Source of the DNA: Cyanophyceae cyanobacterium
GTDB lineage: Bacteria; Cyanobacteriota; Cyanobacteriia; Cyanobacteriales; JBHJGN01
Direction of reading: 5' to 3'
DNA length: 64,000 nt
NCBI GenBank assembly: GCA_050331735.1
Contig: JBHJGN010000020.1
Coordinates: 1-64,000 of the forward strand
A program made the position numbers and the translations under genes. The first letter of the stretch is position 1, and every line of letters begins with the position of its first letter. This document shows, piece after piece, positions 41,423 to 52,940 of the stretch. The notes beneath the pieces were generated by a model, which did not search any database, was not told the origin of the DNA, and worked only from the letters and a program-made list of their open reading frames with translations.

Positions 41423-41941
41423 GCGGACCGGAGGAGCTTTGTGTGCTGAGGTCGAGACCTGGGGTTGAGTAGAAAATCAGGAAGAAGCATAGGAATGACC
41501 GCGGTAGATAGCATACATTGTTTTCCTCGTAGTCACTCGTTGAAGTGAGCCATGTTCTTGTCAGAAGTGAGCGATTGGAGTTATATTCAAGTTAAGATTA
41601 GCAAAAGTAGGTTTTGCTAAACTGCGGACTTATTTGATTTATCGGTGCTGTTTTGTGTTCAAATCAGCCGGTGGAGAGCGCTGGTGTCAGGGCCCCGCCA
41701 AGGATTATAGAGCGAGCTTTTAACCCGTTTGTTTTAGTTAAAGCACACTATTTTTCACAAGAAATCCGCAGATGCCTTCGTTCTAGCAAGCGGTTAGGGA
41801 AATTCCAATAGAGGACGATAGAACTCTATTAATCTTCATCTCTACATCAAGCTAGTGAACTCAGTGATCAATTTTATCTTTTGCAAAGTTGAGCAGAACG
41901 CTTAGAGGACTCAACGTGCTACCAAGTTTTGAGGAGATTGA

Positions 41942-43786
41942 ATGCCGAAGCAAATTATTATCGCAGAGCAGCACCACATCGCTGCTGTTTTCTGGGAAGA
42001 CCAGATACAAGAACTCGTCGTTGCCACTGGTAACCAGCAAGTTGGAGATATTTATCTGGGCCTGGTCGAAAACGTGATTCCCGGCATTGATGCCGCTTTT
42101 GTCAACATTGGCGAAGCCGAACGGAATGGCTTCATTCACGTCAGCGATTTAGGCCCCCTGCGCTTGAAACGAATGTCGGGTGCGATTACAGAGCTGCTAG
42201 CTCCGCAGCAGAAAGTGTTGGTTCAGGTGATGAAGGAACCCACGGGAAACAAAGGCCCCCGGTTGACGGGCAACATTACTCTCCCCGGACGCTACTTAGT
42301 TTTGATGCCTTATAACCGAGGGGTCAACCTGTCTAGGCGGATTCGCGACGAGAATGAGCGTTCTCGCCTGCGAGCCTTGGCAATTTTGGTCAAGCCAGCC
42401 GGGATGGGATTGCTCGTCCGCACTGAAGCAGAAGGAAAAGCCGAAAAAGCCATCATTGAAGATTTGGAGTTTCTTCAGAAACAGTGGGAGCTGATCCAGC
42501 AGCAGGCCAATACGACGAGAGCACCAGCACTGCTGAACCGAGACGATGACTTTATTCAGCGAGTGCTGCGAGATATGTACTCAGCAGACGTTAATCGTAT
42601 CGTGGTCGATTCCACCGCTGGTCTGAAGAGGGTGAAGCAGCAGCTCAGTAACTGGAGCGGCGGGCGATCGCCAGAAGGAGTTCTGATCGATTACCACCAA
42701 GACCGCCAGCCAATCCTGGAGTTTTTCCGCATTAATGCAGCTATTCGGGAAGCTCTCAAGCCAAGAGTCGATCTTCCCTCCGGCGGCTATATTATTATTG
42801 AACCGACAGAAGCTCTCACCGTCATTGACGTCAACTCTGGCTCCTTCACGCGCTCGGCAACGTCTAGAGAAACCGTGCTGTGGACCAACAGTGAAGCGGC
42901 CACAGAAATCGCGCGGCAGTTGAGACTACGCAACATCGGGGGCGTCATTGTCGTTGACTTTATCGACATGGATTCACGCTCTGATCAGCTTCAGCTTTTA
43001 GAGCACTTTAATCGAGCCTTGAAAGCAGACAAGGCGAGACCTCAAATTGCTCAGCTAACAGAACTTGGACTCGTGGAGTTAACCCGCAAGCGTCAAGGAC
43101 AGAATATTTATGAGCTGTTTGGTCAGTCTTGTCCCACCTGTGGTGGTTCCGGACATCGCGTTCATCTTCCCGGCAGACAGGAGGCAGAAAGCTTGGAGCC
43201 GCAGTTAGCGGTTGCTGTGACCCCAAAACCGGCACTGCTGAATGCAGAAGCCAGTGAAGCCTATCCTGAACCGAGTAAAGGCACTCCCAGTGAGCGTCCT
43301 ACCCCTCTCAAGCTGCTGCACCACCCTAGCTATCAGGAACAGACGGCTGGGAACGGCAACTCGCGTCGCCGGCGCCGTCGTCGCTCTAATGAACAAGATG
43401 GAGAAGAGTCGGCAACTATTGGCAGAGAAGAAGGTGAGACAGAAGTTGAAACGGTAGAGCGTAAGGAGCGTTCTCCCTCTCGCAATGCACGTCGGGAAGA
43501 ACCTCCAGAAAAAGTGACGGTAGAGATGTCAACGTTGGAACAGGATATGTATGCTTTAATGGGGATTTCGCCGCTGGTCTATTTGGATCGAGACTATAAA
43601 GATTCCCGGGCGGTTGTTGTGTCAGTAAAGCTTCCAGGAGACTCTCCGCTAGCTGAATCATCACCGTTAACAGCAGAGGAACCAGAGGCAACTCCGACTG
43701 AATCAGCCGCTGAAGAGACTGAGTCTGACGACAGTAATCGCGTTGTTCGTCGGCGTCGGCGTCGTTCTTCTGCTCGGGAAGCTTAG
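41942..43786 (+). CDS. rne: Ribonuclease E
   Basis: S1 domain, VIDVNSG, DFIDM, CPTCGG, Arg-rich tracts and a terminal RRRRRRSSA. Confidence 0.97.
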   Translation: MPKQIIIAEQHHIAAVFWEDQIQELVVATGNQQVGDIYLGLVENVIPGIDAAFVNIGEAERNGFIHVSDLGPLRLKRMSGAITELLAPQQKVLVQVMKEPTGNKGPRLTGNITLPGRYLVLMPYNRGVNLSRRIRDENERSRLRALAILVKPAGMGLLVRTEAEGKAEKAIIEDLEFLQKQWELIQQQANTTRAPALLNRDDDFIQRVLRDMYSADVNRIVVDSTAGLKRVKQQLSNWSGGRSPEGVLIDYHQDRQPILEFFRINAAIREALKPRVDLPSGGYIIIEPTEALTVIDVNSGSFTRSATSRETVLWTNSEAATEIARQLRLRNIGGVIVVDFIDMDSRSDQLQLLEHFNRALKADKARPQIAQLTELGLVELTRKRQGQNIYELFGQSCPTCGGSGHRVHLPGRQEAESLEPQLAVAVTPKPALLNAEASEAYPEPSKGTPSERPTPLKLLHHPSYQEQTAGNGNSRRRRRRRSNEQDGEESATIGREEGETEVETVERKERSPSRNARREEPPEKVTVEMSTLEQDMYALMGISPLVYLDRDYKDSRAVVVSVKLPGDSPLAESSPLTAEEPEATPTESAAEETESDDSNRVVRRRRRRSSAREA

Positions 43787-43808
43787 GCCAAGCGTGAAGG
43801 AAAAGCTC

Positions 43809-44390
43809 ATGCCTGTCAAGTTGGTAGCTGGTGTAGACGAAGTGGGACGAGGAGCACTGTTTGGTCCTGTCGTGGCGGCAGTCGTTGCTGTTCCTTTATC
43901 TACTATTTCTAAGCTGAGACAACTTGGCGTTAGGGACAGCAAGCGATTATCCAAACAGCAACGCTGGCAGCTTGTGCCGCAGATTCAAACCCTAGCCAGC
44001 GGCTGGAAAATTAGCTGTGTTTCGGCGGCAGAAATTGATCGACTGAACATTCTTCAGGCTTCGTTGCAGGCCATGAAGCAAGCCGTTGCTGGACTCCCGC
44101 AGCAGCCAGATATCTGTTTCGTCGATGGTAAGCAGACGCTACCAGGGCTAACTATTCCCCAACTGGCCCTGGTTAAGGGTGACCGCCGCTCTCCAGCGAT
44201 TGCTGCTGCCAGCATTCTCGCTAAAGTGTGGCGCGATGACCTGATATCGTGCTTAGCAGAAAAATATTCGGGCTACGGCTTGAGCTCTCATAAGGGCTAC
44301 GGAACCCCTCGACATCGCTCGGTGCTGGAGCACTACGGTCCTTCTCCCCAGCACCGGCTGTCGTTTGCACCCTGCCGGAGCAGACTTTAA
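43809..44390 (+). CDS. rnhB: Ribonuclease HII
   Basis: GVDEVGRGALFGPV, DSK, VDG, IAAASILAKV.RD and HKGYGT. The start is placed at the ATG at 43809 (alternative GTG at 43794). Confidence 0.95.
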   Translation: MPVKLVAGVDEVGRGALFGPVVAAVVAVPLSTISKLRQLGVRDSKRLSKQQRWQLVPQIQTLASGWKISCVSAAEIDRLNILQASLQAMKQAVAGLPQQPDICFVDGKQTLPGLTIPQLALVKGDRRSPAIAAASILAKVWRDDLISCLAEKYSGYGLSSHKGYGTPRHRSVLEHYGPSPQHRLSFAPCRSRL

Positions 44391-44968
44391 GCGGTCGGAT
44401 TTTCGGCAGTAGCTATTCTGGCAGGAGAAGAGGGAGGATGTTCATCGGCCCACTGGCGGTAATCCACTTGCAGCTTTTTGAGCAGACGATTCTTAATTCT
44501 TAACAGTACGCTTTTGAGTAAGCCATTCCCGGCAGTTTCCAGCACTGATTTTGGCATCAGACGGAGCGGAGGCGGCAGATCCACCTCGATTTGTAGATCC
44601 GCTTTTCCTTTTAAGCAAGTTTTGTCTTTCTCCCGATGAGGATAGAGTTCCCCCGTGACGGTGAGAGAAAACCGCTCATTGAAATCTTGAATGCCTTGAA
44701 TTTCACAGCTTTCAGACGCGACATGCACAGTGCCGTCGGCATCTGCCCAAACTTTGAGCGCGACAACCGGCTGAAATTGATACAGCTCTACGAAGTTAAG
44801 GGGGTGCATCTTGAAGCGAAAGCGATTTGGGGATAGCTGCTCCATCAGCTTTGGCTCGGCGATTGCGCGCACCACTCTTTGAGGCTGGCGGAGGTAGTGC
44901 CGAATGGGAACTGATGTTTCTTCAAAGATCATCTCGACTGATTCTGAGGCGGTGAAGCGAGTATTCAT
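44387..44968 (-). CDS. DUF1997 domain protein
   Basis: HYLRQPQRVV and TAGNGLLKSVLLRIKNRL....DY..W. Confidence 0.85.
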   Translation of the reverse strand: MNTRFTASESVEMIFEETSVPIRHYLRQPQRVVRAIAEPKLMEQLSPNRFRFKMHPLNFVELYQFQPVVALKVWADADGTVHVASESCEIQGIQDFNERFSLTVTGELYPHREKDKTCLKGKADLQIEVDLPPPLRLMPKSVLETAGNGLLKSVLLRIKNRLLKKLQVDYRQWADEHPPSSPARIATAENPTA

Positions 44969-45244
44969 TAATAAAAACTGCGGAATAACGGTTTAACGGC
45001 GATTCAGCCGTCTTTGGGCAAAGTTGAATGAGCTGGCTGGTGTTTGACGACCTAGCTCTATTAATACTTAATTTTTATTGTAAAACTTTACACTATTATT
45101 CTCTATTTCTTGAGCAAGAAAATATCCGTCAGTAAAATAATTTTTTTTGCTGAATCCCTGGCCGCTGAAAAGATTAAAGTGCTCTCCCCTCTGAATGGCT
45201 AGCTCTTCGATTAAAATTGAGCTTGATAGATTTGCTCGCCGGGT

Positions 45245-46096
45245 ATGACTATTTTAGTGGCTTATTTAGGACCAACCGGAACTAACGCTGAAACAGCAGC
45301 GCTAGCGTACCAGAGCTGGATGGCTCGGGAAGCGCAAGAGGTCACTTTACTTCCCTATCCAAGCATTACGCAAACGCTCCAGGCTGTTGTTCGGGGAGAG
45401 GCTGAACTGGCTGTTGTTCCGGTAGAAAATTCGATTCAAGGCAGTGTTGCCATCACCTTAGACACTCTCTGGCAGCTCAGTCAACTACAGATTCAACAAG
45501 CATTAATTCTGCCTATCTCTCATGCCCTTCTCTCTCATAGCGCTTCTCTAGAAACGATTCAAACTGTTTATTCCCACCCTCAAGCCCTGGCTCAGTGTCA
45601 GCAGTGGCTAGAAAAGTATCTTCCGTTTGTCCGGCTTGTTTCTACTAGTTCAACGACAGAAGCGGTTAAATATCTTGATAATACAGCCGGAGCCGTTGCT
45701 GCCCCTAGAGCCGCCAAGCTATACGATGTACCGATTTTGGCAGCTTCTATTAATGATTATCCCGGTAACTGTACTCGCTTTTGGGTCATCGGCACCTTCT
45801 CTGGGTCAACCGGTAGCTATACTACGCTTGCTTTTAGCGTCGCTGATGTTCCCGGTAGCTTGGTAAGACCGCTTCAGGTATTTGCGCAACGAGGCATCAA
45901 CCTGACTCGGATAGAATCTCGTCCCACCAAACGCTCTCTAGGTGAATATCTCTTTTTTGTCGATTTAGAGGGGGATAAAGCGCAACAATCTATCCAGGAA
46001 GCTTTAGCAGAGCTGAAAGACTGTACAAAGGTGCTAAAAAATTTCGGTAGCTACAGTATTTTGCCCATTGACCTCCATCAAGATGGAATTAATTAA
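45245..46096 (+). CDS. pheA: Prephenate dehydratase
   Basis: AYLGP.GT, PVENSIQG, SHPQALAQC, NCTRF and INLTRIESRP (ACT domain). Confidence 0.96.
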   Translation: MTILVAYLGPTGTNAETAALAYQSWMAREAQEVTLLPYPSITQTLQAVVRGEAELAVVPVENSIQGSVAITLDTLWQLSQLQIQQALILPISHALLSHSASLETIQTVYSHPQALAQCQQWLEKYLPFVRLVSTSSTTEAVKYLDNTAGAVAAPRAAKLYDVPILAASINDYPGNCTRFWVIGTFSGSTGSYTTLAFSVADVPGSLVRPLQVFAQRGINLTRIESRPTKRSLGEYLFFVDLEGDKAQQSIQEALAELKDCTKVLKNFGSYSILPIDLHQDGIN

Positions 46097-46724
46097 AGGC
46101 ATCCTTGAGAGCAGTCCGAGCGGCCAAATGATTGCGGGTTGAAGACAAAATTTCCGCCTCTCGCTGTAAGCGTTGCTCAGTATCCTGCATCTCGAGGAGA
46201 ACTTGCTGTTCAGCAGCAACACCATACAAATTATTGGCAATCCAGTAAGACAGTTCTACGGGCAAATCTGGTAAATCTTCGGGCAGTTCGATCTTCTGAT
46301 CGGTTAACTTTGCTGACAAATGCACGACGTCCCGCAGTAGGGTTTCTACATTATTGGCTAAAGGTTTTAAATCTCGTTGAGGCGGTTGATCTTCTACCCA
46401 TTCGACCAGACCAACCCGATACGGTTTTTCCCGCACGTACTCAAGTACGCGAAATCGCTGTTGACCCAGGGTGAGCATTTTCATCCGGTCATCGGGGTAG
46501 CGTTGATGGCGCACAATTTCAGCACAGCAGCCGACGGTTGCAATTTGTCCACTCATCGGATCGACCCTCAAAACACCAAAGCGACGGTCGTACTCCAGGA
46601 CCGTATTCATCATAATCCTATAGCGAAACTCAAAGATATGGAGAGGCAGGGGCCGACTCGGAAAGAGGACGACTTCGGGCAGAGGAAACAGAGGAAGTTC
46701 TCGAACGGCGATCGAAGGAGGCAT
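46089..46724 (-). CDS. LON peptidase N-terminal substrate-binding domain protein
   Basis: LPLFPLPEVVLFP...LPLHIFEFRYR. Confidence 0.9.
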   Translation of the reverse strand: MPPSIAVRELPLFPLPEVVLFPSRPLPLHIFEFRYRIMMNTVLEYDRRFGVLRVDPMSGQIATVGCCAEIVRHQRYPDDRMKMLTLGQQRFRVLEYVREKPYRVGLVEWVEDQPPQRDLKPLANNVETLLRDVVHLSAKLTDQKIELPEDLPDLPVELSYWIANNLYGVAAEQQVLLEMQDTEQRLQREAEILSSTRNHLAARTALKDAFN

Positions 46725-46826
46725 GGGGTTTGAAAAAATTTTTCTTCTTTTACTTTAACGAATTTTTTCGGGGTGATAACAGCAAGAAACCCTCTAGAAA
46801 ATCCTAAAGGGTTCATCAATCGCAGA

Positions 46827-47144
46827 TTATAATTTAACTTCAATGTCAACGCCCGCTGGTAAATCTAGCTTCATCAAAGCGTCAATCGTTTTGGAAGAAG
46901 GCTGATAGATATCGATGATTCGACGATGGGTGCGCGTCTCGAAGTGTTCTCGCGAGTCTTTATCAACGTGAGGCGATCGCAGCAGGCAGTATATTTTGCG
47001 CTTGGTTGGGAGAGGAATGGGACCGATAGCTGTGGCGTTAGTTCGATTCGCTGTATCGACAATTTTTTCACAGGAAGTATCAAGCAAGCGGCGGTCGAAA
47101 GCTTTTAAACGAATGCGGATCTTTTGTTGCTGAATAGTGGCCAT
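46827..47144 (-). CDS. rpsJ: 30S ribosomal protein S10
   Basis: [17 protein letters not shown] and [14 protein letters not shown]. Confidence 0.99.
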   Translation of the reverse strand: MATIQQQKIRIRLKAFDRRLLDTSCEKIVDTANRTNATAIGPIPLPTKRKIYCLLRSPHVDKDSREHFETRTHRRIIDIYQPSSKTIDALMKLDLPAGVDIEVKL

Positions 47145-47202
47145 GTTGAGTTTTCAAGGTTCAGTGGAATGAAACGGGTGGTACAGGATTACCTCCAGCG
47201 CA

Positions 47203-47242
47203 AGAGCAGAGGGGTGTTATTTCCAAGTCACTCCTCTGCTCT
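47203..47242 (-). terminator. Strong hairpin 3' of tuf
   Basis: agagcagaggggtg-N12-cactcctctgctct. Confidence 0.6.
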
Positions 47243-47255
47243 GGATGTGATTGTT

Positions 47256-48485
47256 CTACTTCACAATTTTGGAGACGACTCCGGCACCAATAGTGCGACC
47301 GCCTTCGCGGATAGCAAAGCGCATCCCCTGCTCAATTGCAATCGGGTTGATGAGCTGAACCGTCATTTTCACGCGATCGCCGGGCATCACCATTTCGGCG
47401 GCGCTGCCATCATCAGCCGTAAAGGCGGTAATGGTTCCCGTGACATCGGTGGTCCGTACGTAGAACTGAGGACGATAGTTGGGAAAGAAGGGAGTATGGC
47501 GGCCACCTTCGTCTTTAGTCAAGACGTAGACTTCTCCCTCAAACTCGGTATGGGGAGTAATCGAACCGGGTTTAGCGATGACCATCCCCCGCTCAATATC
47601 GGCTTTTTGGATACCGCGAAGCAGGATGCCAACGTTGTCGCCAGCCATGCCCTCATCCAGGGTCTTCTGAAACATCTCTACTCCCGTGACGGTGGTACTG
47701 CGGGTGTCTCTAATTCCCACTAGCTCAACCGTTTCGCCCACTTTTACCTTACCGCGCTCGATCCGGCCCGTCGCCACCGTACCGCGACCTGTAATCGAGA
47801 ATACATCTTCTACCGCCATCAGGAAGGGCTTATCGACTTCCCGCTCTGGAGTCGGAATATACTCGTCTACCGTCTCCATGAGCGCGTAGATTTTGTCAAC
47901 CCATTCGTTGTCCCCTTGAGCAGCATTGGGATTTTCCGCCAGCGCTTCCAGCGCCATCAGCGCCGAACCGGTGGTGATAGGAATATCATCGCCAGGAAAA
48001 TCGTACTCGCTGAGCAGCTCTCGTACTTCCAGCTCTACCAGCTCCAGGAGTTCCTCGTCGTCAACTTGATCTTGCTTGTTTAAGAAAACTACCAGACTAG
48101 GAACGCCAACTTGCTTAGCAAGAAGAATGTGCTCGCGAGTTTGAGGCATTGGACCGTCAGCAGCCGAAACAACAAGAATCGCACCGTCCATCTGAGCTGC
48201 TCCAGTAATCATGTTCTTTACGTAGTCAGCATGACCGGGGCAGTCTACGTGAGCGTAGTGACGGTTGTCGGTTTCGTACTCAACGTGGGCTGTATTGATC
48301 GTAATCCCGCGAGCTTTCTCTTCGGGAGCCGCATCAATTTCGTCATATTTTTTCGCTTTGGCCTTGCCCTGAGCAGCCAGAGAGAGGGTGATCGCGGCGG
48401 TTAACGTGGTTTTTCCGTGGTCGACGTGACCAATCGTGCCGATGTTAGCGTGGTCTTTGTTTCTTTCAAACTTTGCGCGTGCCAT
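47256..48485 (-). CDS. tuf: Elongation factor Tu
   Basis: [19 protein letters not shown] and NKQD. Confidence 0.99.
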   Translation of the reverse strand: MARAKFERNKDHANIGTIGHVDHGKTTLTAAITLSLAAQGKAKAKKYDEIDAAPEEKARGITINTAHVEYETDNRHYAHVDCPGHADYVKNMITGAAQMDGAILVVSAADGPMPQTREHILLAKQVGVPSLVVFLNKQDQVDDEELLELVELEVRELLSEYDFPGDDIPITTGSALMALEALAENPNAAQGDNEWVDKIYALMETVDEYIPTPEREVDKPFLMAVEDVFSITGRGTVATGRIERGKVKVGETVELVGIRDTRSTTVTGVEMFQKTLDEGMAGDNVGILLRGIQKADIERGMVIAKPGSITPHTEFEGEVYVLTKDEGGRHTPFFPNYRPQFYVRTTDVTGTITAFTADDGSAAEMVMPGDRVKMTVQLINPIAIEQGMRFAIREGGRTIGAGVVSKIVK

Positions 48486-48652
48486 GAATTAAAATGTCCT
48501 TATTCTACGTCAATGATTAGCTGGTTTTTCTTCCGCAGTCTGGGAGTGACTGAGTTGGCGAGCGGCAGCCGCTGAGCGCCAACTCTAGCTCTAACCCTGG
48601 CTGATGAAGAAACAAGAAAATAGGATACAACGCAATTGGGTTAGATGTTATT

Positions 48653-50728
48653 CTATGCGTCTCCTCTGTTTTTGGCGATGATTGCTTCTGCCACGTGGCG
48701 AGGCACTTCATCGTAGCTGTTGAACTCCATTGAGAAAATACCTCGGCCTTGAGTTTTCGACCGGATATCTGTTGCATAGCCAAACATTTCCGCCAGCGGA
48801 ACCTGAGCAGAAACTTTGGCGATTCCTTCTTCAGAGTTCATGCCTTCAATGCTGCCGCGACGAGAGTTCAAATCTCCCATCACGTCCCCAAGAAATTCTT
48901 CAGGAACTTCTACTTCCACCTGCATCGTCGGCTCCAGCAAAACCGGAGCGGCCTTTTGGACAGCATTCCGAATCGCCATCGAGCCAGCGATTTTGAAGGC
49001 CATTTCGGATGAATCGACCTCGTGGTAAGAACCATCTACCAGAGTAGTTTTGACATCTATCAGCGGATAGCCCGCTAAGATGCCGGTCTCGCAGGCCTCT
49101 TTCATTCCTTGTTCAACAGCCGGAATATATTCTCTGGGAATGGCGCCACCGACAATTTTAGAGATGAATTCAAAACCACTGCCGGCTTCTGCGGGTTCTA
49201 GTTTAATGACGACGTGTCCGTACTGGCCCTTGCCGCCACTTTGACGAATAAACTTGCCCTCAGCGTTGGTTGCCTTGCGAATCGTTTCTCGGTAGGCCAC
49301 CTGCGGTTGTCCCACGTTCGCTTCCACTTTGTACTCCCGCAGCATCCGGTCTACCAGAATCTCTAGGTGAAGTTCACCCATGCCTGCAATCACCGTTTGA
49401 TTGGTTTCGGGGTCAATGCTCACCCGGAAGGTCGGATCTTCATCCGAGAGAGCCTGTAGAGCTTTAGAAAGCTTTTCCATATCCTGCTTGGTTTTGGGCT
49501 CTACTGCCACCGAAATCACCGGTTCAGGCACAAATAGAGATTCTAGAATAATAGGATGGTCCTCGTCGCACAGAGTATCTCCGGTCGCTGTATCTTTGAG
49601 GCCAACAGCCGCACCGAGGTCTCCGGCTCTCAGTTCATCCACTTCAATCCGATCGTTAGATTTCAGCACAATTAGGCGGGAAATCCGTTCCTTTTTCTGC
49701 TTAGTTGAGTTATAAACGTAGCTGCCTTTCTGCAAGACTCCCGAATAAACTCGCATAAAGGTTAAGCGTCCGAAGGGATCGGCGGCAATTTTGAAGGCCA
49801 AAGCCGAAAACGGTTCCTCATCGTCCGATTTTCTCACGGCTTCGGTTCCATCTGGTAGCGTTCCCCGAATGGCTGGCACTTCCACAGGAGCCGGGAGATA
49901 ATCAACGACAGCATCTAGCAGAAGCTGTACCCCTTTATTCTTAAAGGCAGAGCCGCACAGCAGCGGCACAATCGCACCGCCGATCGTGGCCTGACGCAGC
50001 GCTTCTTTAATTTCTGCTTCAGCAAATTCCTCTTCCATGAGAAACTTCTCTAGCAGTGCTTCGTTGGTTTCCGCCACGGCTTCAATCAGGCGAGCGCGAT
50101 ATTCCTGAGCCTGCTCCAACAGCTCTGGAGGAATTTCTGTGTCTTCAATTTCCTTGCCAACGTCATCTTGATAAATTTTCGCTCGCATGCGAACCAGGTC
50201 CACAATGCCTCGAAACTCGCTCTCGCTACCGATCGGGATTTGAATGGGAACTGCGTTAGCGCGCAGGCGAGCGCGGATTTGCTCGTGAACCTTAAAGAAG
50301 TTAGCTCCGGTTCGGTCCATCTTGTTGACAAAGGCAAGGCGCGGTACCTGATATCGGTCCGCCTGCCGCCAGACGGTCTCAGACTGAGGCTGGACACCTC
50401 CAACTGAACAAAAGACTGCAATGACTCCATCTAAAACCCGCATCGACCGTTCGACTTCAATCGTAAAGTCTACGTGACCGGGCGTATCGATGATGTTGAT
50501 TCTGTGATCTTGCCAGCTGGTACTAATGGCAGCAGCAGTAATCGTAATTCCCCGCTCTTGCTCCTGCTGCATCCAGTCCATGACGGCTGTTCCTTCATGG
50601 ACTTCTCCGAGCTTGTGCGCAATCCCAGTGTAAAAGAGAATTCGCTCAGTGGTTGTTGTTTTGCCCGCATCTATATGAGCCGCGATACCAATATTGCGCA
50701 CTCTAGCGAGCGGGATGCTACGTGTCAC
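48653..50728 (-). CDS. fusA: Elongation factor G
   Basis: [23 protein letters not shown] and GMGELHL. Confidence 0.99.
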   Translation of the reverse strand: MTRSIPLARVRNIGIAAHIDAGKTTTTERILFYTGIAHKLGEVHEGTAVMDWMQQEQERGITITAAAISTSWQDHRINIIDTPGHVDFTIEVERSMRVLDGVIAVFCSVGGVQPQSETVWRQADRYQVPRLAFVNKMDRTGANFFKVHEQIRARLRANAVPIQIPIGSESEFRGIVDLVRMRAKIYQDDVGKEIEDTEIPPELLEQAQEYRARLIEAVAETNEALLEKFLMEEEFAEAEIKEALRQATIGGAIVPLLCGSAFKNKGVQLLLDAVVDYLPAPVEVPAIRGTLPDGTEAVRKSDDEEPFSALAFKIAADPFGRLTFMRVYSGVLQKGSYVYNSTKQKKERISRLIVLKSNDRIEVDELRAGDLGAAVGLKDTATGDTLCDEDHPIILESLFVPEPVISVAVEPKTKQDMEKLSKALQALSDEDPTFRVSIDPETNQTVIAGMGELHLEILVDRMLREYKVEANVGQPQVAYRETIRKATNAEGKFIRQSGGKGQYGHVVIKLEPAEAGSGFEFISKIVGGAIPREYIPAVEQGMKEACETGILAGYPLIDVKTTLVDGSYHEVDSSEMAFKIAGSMAIRNAVQKAAPVLLEPTMQVEVEVPEEFLGDVMGDLNSRRGSIEGMNSEEGIAKVSAQVPLAEMFGYATDIRSKTQGRGIFSMEFNSYDEVPRHVAEAIIAKNRGDA

Positions 50729-50914
50729 AGTTACCTCCTTGAATCTTGCCGAGCTTCAGCTGCATTGACGCGAAGATTCGCTCCATTTACAATTCTATAC
50801 TTTTCTTGTAAAAATGCCGCAACCGCAGCAAGGAAAGCAGATTGAGCATCAGCGACTCTCTTCAGGGAGGACAGCGATCGCCCAAGCGCCTCTCCTCAAT
50901 TTTTGCGATTGCAG

Positions 50915-51385
50915 TTAATACCGATAATGGGCAAAAGCCTTGTTTGCTTCTGCCATCCGATGGGTTTCTTCGCGCTTACGAATTGCGCCTCCCGTCTCAT
51001 TAGCCGCGTCCATAATTTCATTCGCGAGTTTCCCGGCCATAGTCCGTCCTCCTCGGGAACGAGCAAACTGAATTAGCCAGCGCAGCGCCAAGGTTGTTCC
51101 TCGACCAGAGCGGACTTCCATCGGGACTTGGTAGGTGGCTCCACCCACTCGACGAGCCTTAACTTCAACCAGGGGAGTTAGGTTACGGACAGCTTGTTCA
51201 AACGTTTCTAGCGGATCGTTGCCAGTGCGTTCTCCAACAATAGAGAGAGCATCATAAACAATTCTGGACGCTAAAGATTTCTTGCCACTAGTCATAATCC
51301 GCCGCACGGTCATGCTAATGAGGCGGCTGTTGTAAACCGGATCTGGAGGAACTGTGCGCTTTTTTCCAGAGGTACGACGAGACAT
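50915..51385 (-). CDS. rpsG: 30S ribosomal protein S7
   Basis: [11 protein letters not shown] and [15 protein letters not shown]. Confidence 0.99.
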   Translation of the reverse strand: MSRRTSGKKRTVPPDPVYNSRLISMTVRRIMTSGKKSLASRIVYDALSIVGERTGNDPLETFEQAVRNLTPLVEVKARRVGGATYQVPMEVRSGRGTTLALRWLIQFARSRGGRTMAGKLANEIMDAANETGGAIRKREETHRMAEANKAFAHYRY

Positions 51386-51491
51386 AAAATTTTCCTAACC
51401 TAAATAGTTTTTATAGAGCCGAAGCAGTCATGAAAAAGAGCACCCTTAGTGAATGAGGATGCCTAAAAAGCCTAGTGGGCAAACAGCCCTC

Positions 51492-51863
51492 TTACTGAGG
51501 ACGTTTGGTACCGTATTTAGAACGACCCTGTCGACGATCTTTAACTCCTGTCGCGTCTAGAGTGCCGCGGACGATATGGTAGCGAACTCCAGGCAGATCT
51601 TTGACACGACCGCCACGGATCAAGACAACAGAGTGTTCCTGAAGGTTGTGACCAATGCCAGGAATGTAGGCAGTGACTTCAAACCCTGATGTCAGTCTCA
51701 CTCTAGCTACCTTGCGAAGAGCTGAGTTCGGTTTCTTCGGAGTGGTGGTATACACCCTAGTACAGACTCCTCGTCGCTGCGGACATTCCTTCAGAGCTGG
51801 CGATTTAGTTTTCTTTTTTGCTTTAGACCGTTCAGTGCGAATCAGTTGCTGAATAGTAGGCAT
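51492..51863 (-). CDS. rpsL: 30S ribosomal protein S12
   Basis: [10 protein letters not shown] and [10 protein letters not shown]. Confidence 0.99.
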   Translation of the reverse strand: MPTIQQLIRTERSKAKKKTKSPALKECPQRRGVCTRVYTTTPKKPNSALRKVARVRLTSGFEVTAYIPGIGHNLQEHSVVLIRGGRVKDLPGVRYHIVRGTLDATGVKDRRQGRSKYGTKRPQ

Positions 51864-51913
51864 AAATAGCTCTAAACGGAGACGAAGCCCCCTAAGATAG
51901 TTGACGATCTCTT

Positions 51914-51943
51914 ATCTTACTCGGCGGCAAGCTCTAGTGTCAA
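51914..51943 (-). promoter_or_regulatory. Sigma70-type promoter of the str operon
   Basis: Minus strand TTGACA-N18-TAAGAT. Confidence 0.65.
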
Positions 51944-51949
51944 GAAGCT

Positions 51950-52276
51950 TCACGAGCGCAAAGCAAAGGAAAGACCACAGCTACAGATATTAGCTACATT
52001 GGGGTTATCAAAGCGAAAACCTCCCCCCATCAAGTCTTCTGAATAATCTAGCCGGAGACCTTCAAGGGCAGCATCTTGATTTTCTGGAATGAGAATCGAA
52101 ATACCGTGACTTTCGTACAGACGCTCGCTGGTCACTGTATCGATAAATTCAAAGCGGTAGAAGAACCCGGAACATCCTCCCCTTTCTACCTTTAAGCGGA
52201 AATAGCTTTGTGGCTGTCGGCGGCTAAGCTGAATTCTTTTGATTTCTTGAGCCGCCGCTGGACTAATGTCGATCAC
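51950..52276 (-). CDS. HesB/IscA family Fe-S assembly accessory protein
   Basis: GGCSG and GGGFRFDNPN...CSCGLSF. Confidence 0.9.
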   Translation of the reverse strand: MIDISPAAAQEIKRIQLSRRQPQSYFRLKVERGGCSGFFYRFEFIDTVTSERLYESHGISILIPENQDAALEGLRLDYSEDLMGGGFRFDNPNVANICSCGLSFALRS

Positions 52277-52369
52277 GCTATGCTAGTTGTCTAAACCGTC
52301 GATAATACTCACGTCTGAACAGAGATGAGCTATTAGCTGTTGGCTAGCTAATAGCTAGGCGTTTGTTCT

Positions 52370-52780
52370 TTAGCCGCGAGCGTAGTCGTCCTGAAAACGA
52401 ATAATATCATCCTCCCCTAGATATTCTCCGTTTTGCACTTCGATGAGAACAAGCTTAATCACTCCAGGATTTTCGAGACGATGAGGAGTACACTGGGGAA
52501 CATAGGTAGACTGGTTGCTGCCGAGGATTTCTTCTTGCTCGCCACAAACGACTTTTGCCGTCCCGGAAACAACGATCCAATGTTCGCTGCGATGGTGGTG
52601 CATCTGGAGGCTTAGGCGGTGTCCAGGATTCACTTCAATTCGCTTAATCTTGTAGCCAGTTCCCTCTTCTAAGGTAGTAAAAGAGCCCCAGGGACGCATT
52701 TCCGTTGCCGTCACCTCTGATGCAGCAACCGATACCGGAAAAATGGCAGAGGCCTGAGCAATTTCCTTAGACTGAACCAT
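52370..52780 (-). CDS. Cupin protein (type II mannose-6-phosphate isomerase C-terminal domain)
   Basis: RPWG, RLSLQMHHHRSEHW, HRLENPG and EVQNGEYLGEDDIIRF.D.Y.R. Confidence 0.9.
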   Translation of the reverse strand: MVQSKEIAQASAIFPVSVAASEVTATEMRPWGSFTTLEEGTGYKIKRIEVNPGHRLSLQMHHHRSEHWIVVSGTAKVVCGEQEEILGSNQSTYVPQCTPHRLENPGVIKLVLIEVQNGEYLGEDDIIRFQDDYARG

Positions 52781-52940
52781 GGTTCTTCTCCTAGAAATAC
52801 GACGACAAACAACGGGTCAAGCTGACTGCTTGTAGATAAACAATGAAACTAGATTCATTCAGGTAGCTTAGCCAAACATAGCAAATATTTTTGGACCTGA
52901 CCAGTCAAGACCCCACTATGGCTGCTTAGTGACCGATTAG

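Noticed and set aside
43743..43808. Extended rnhB N-terminus overlapping rne
   Set aside because: An artefact of longest-ORF calling; the conserved domain starts near 43809.
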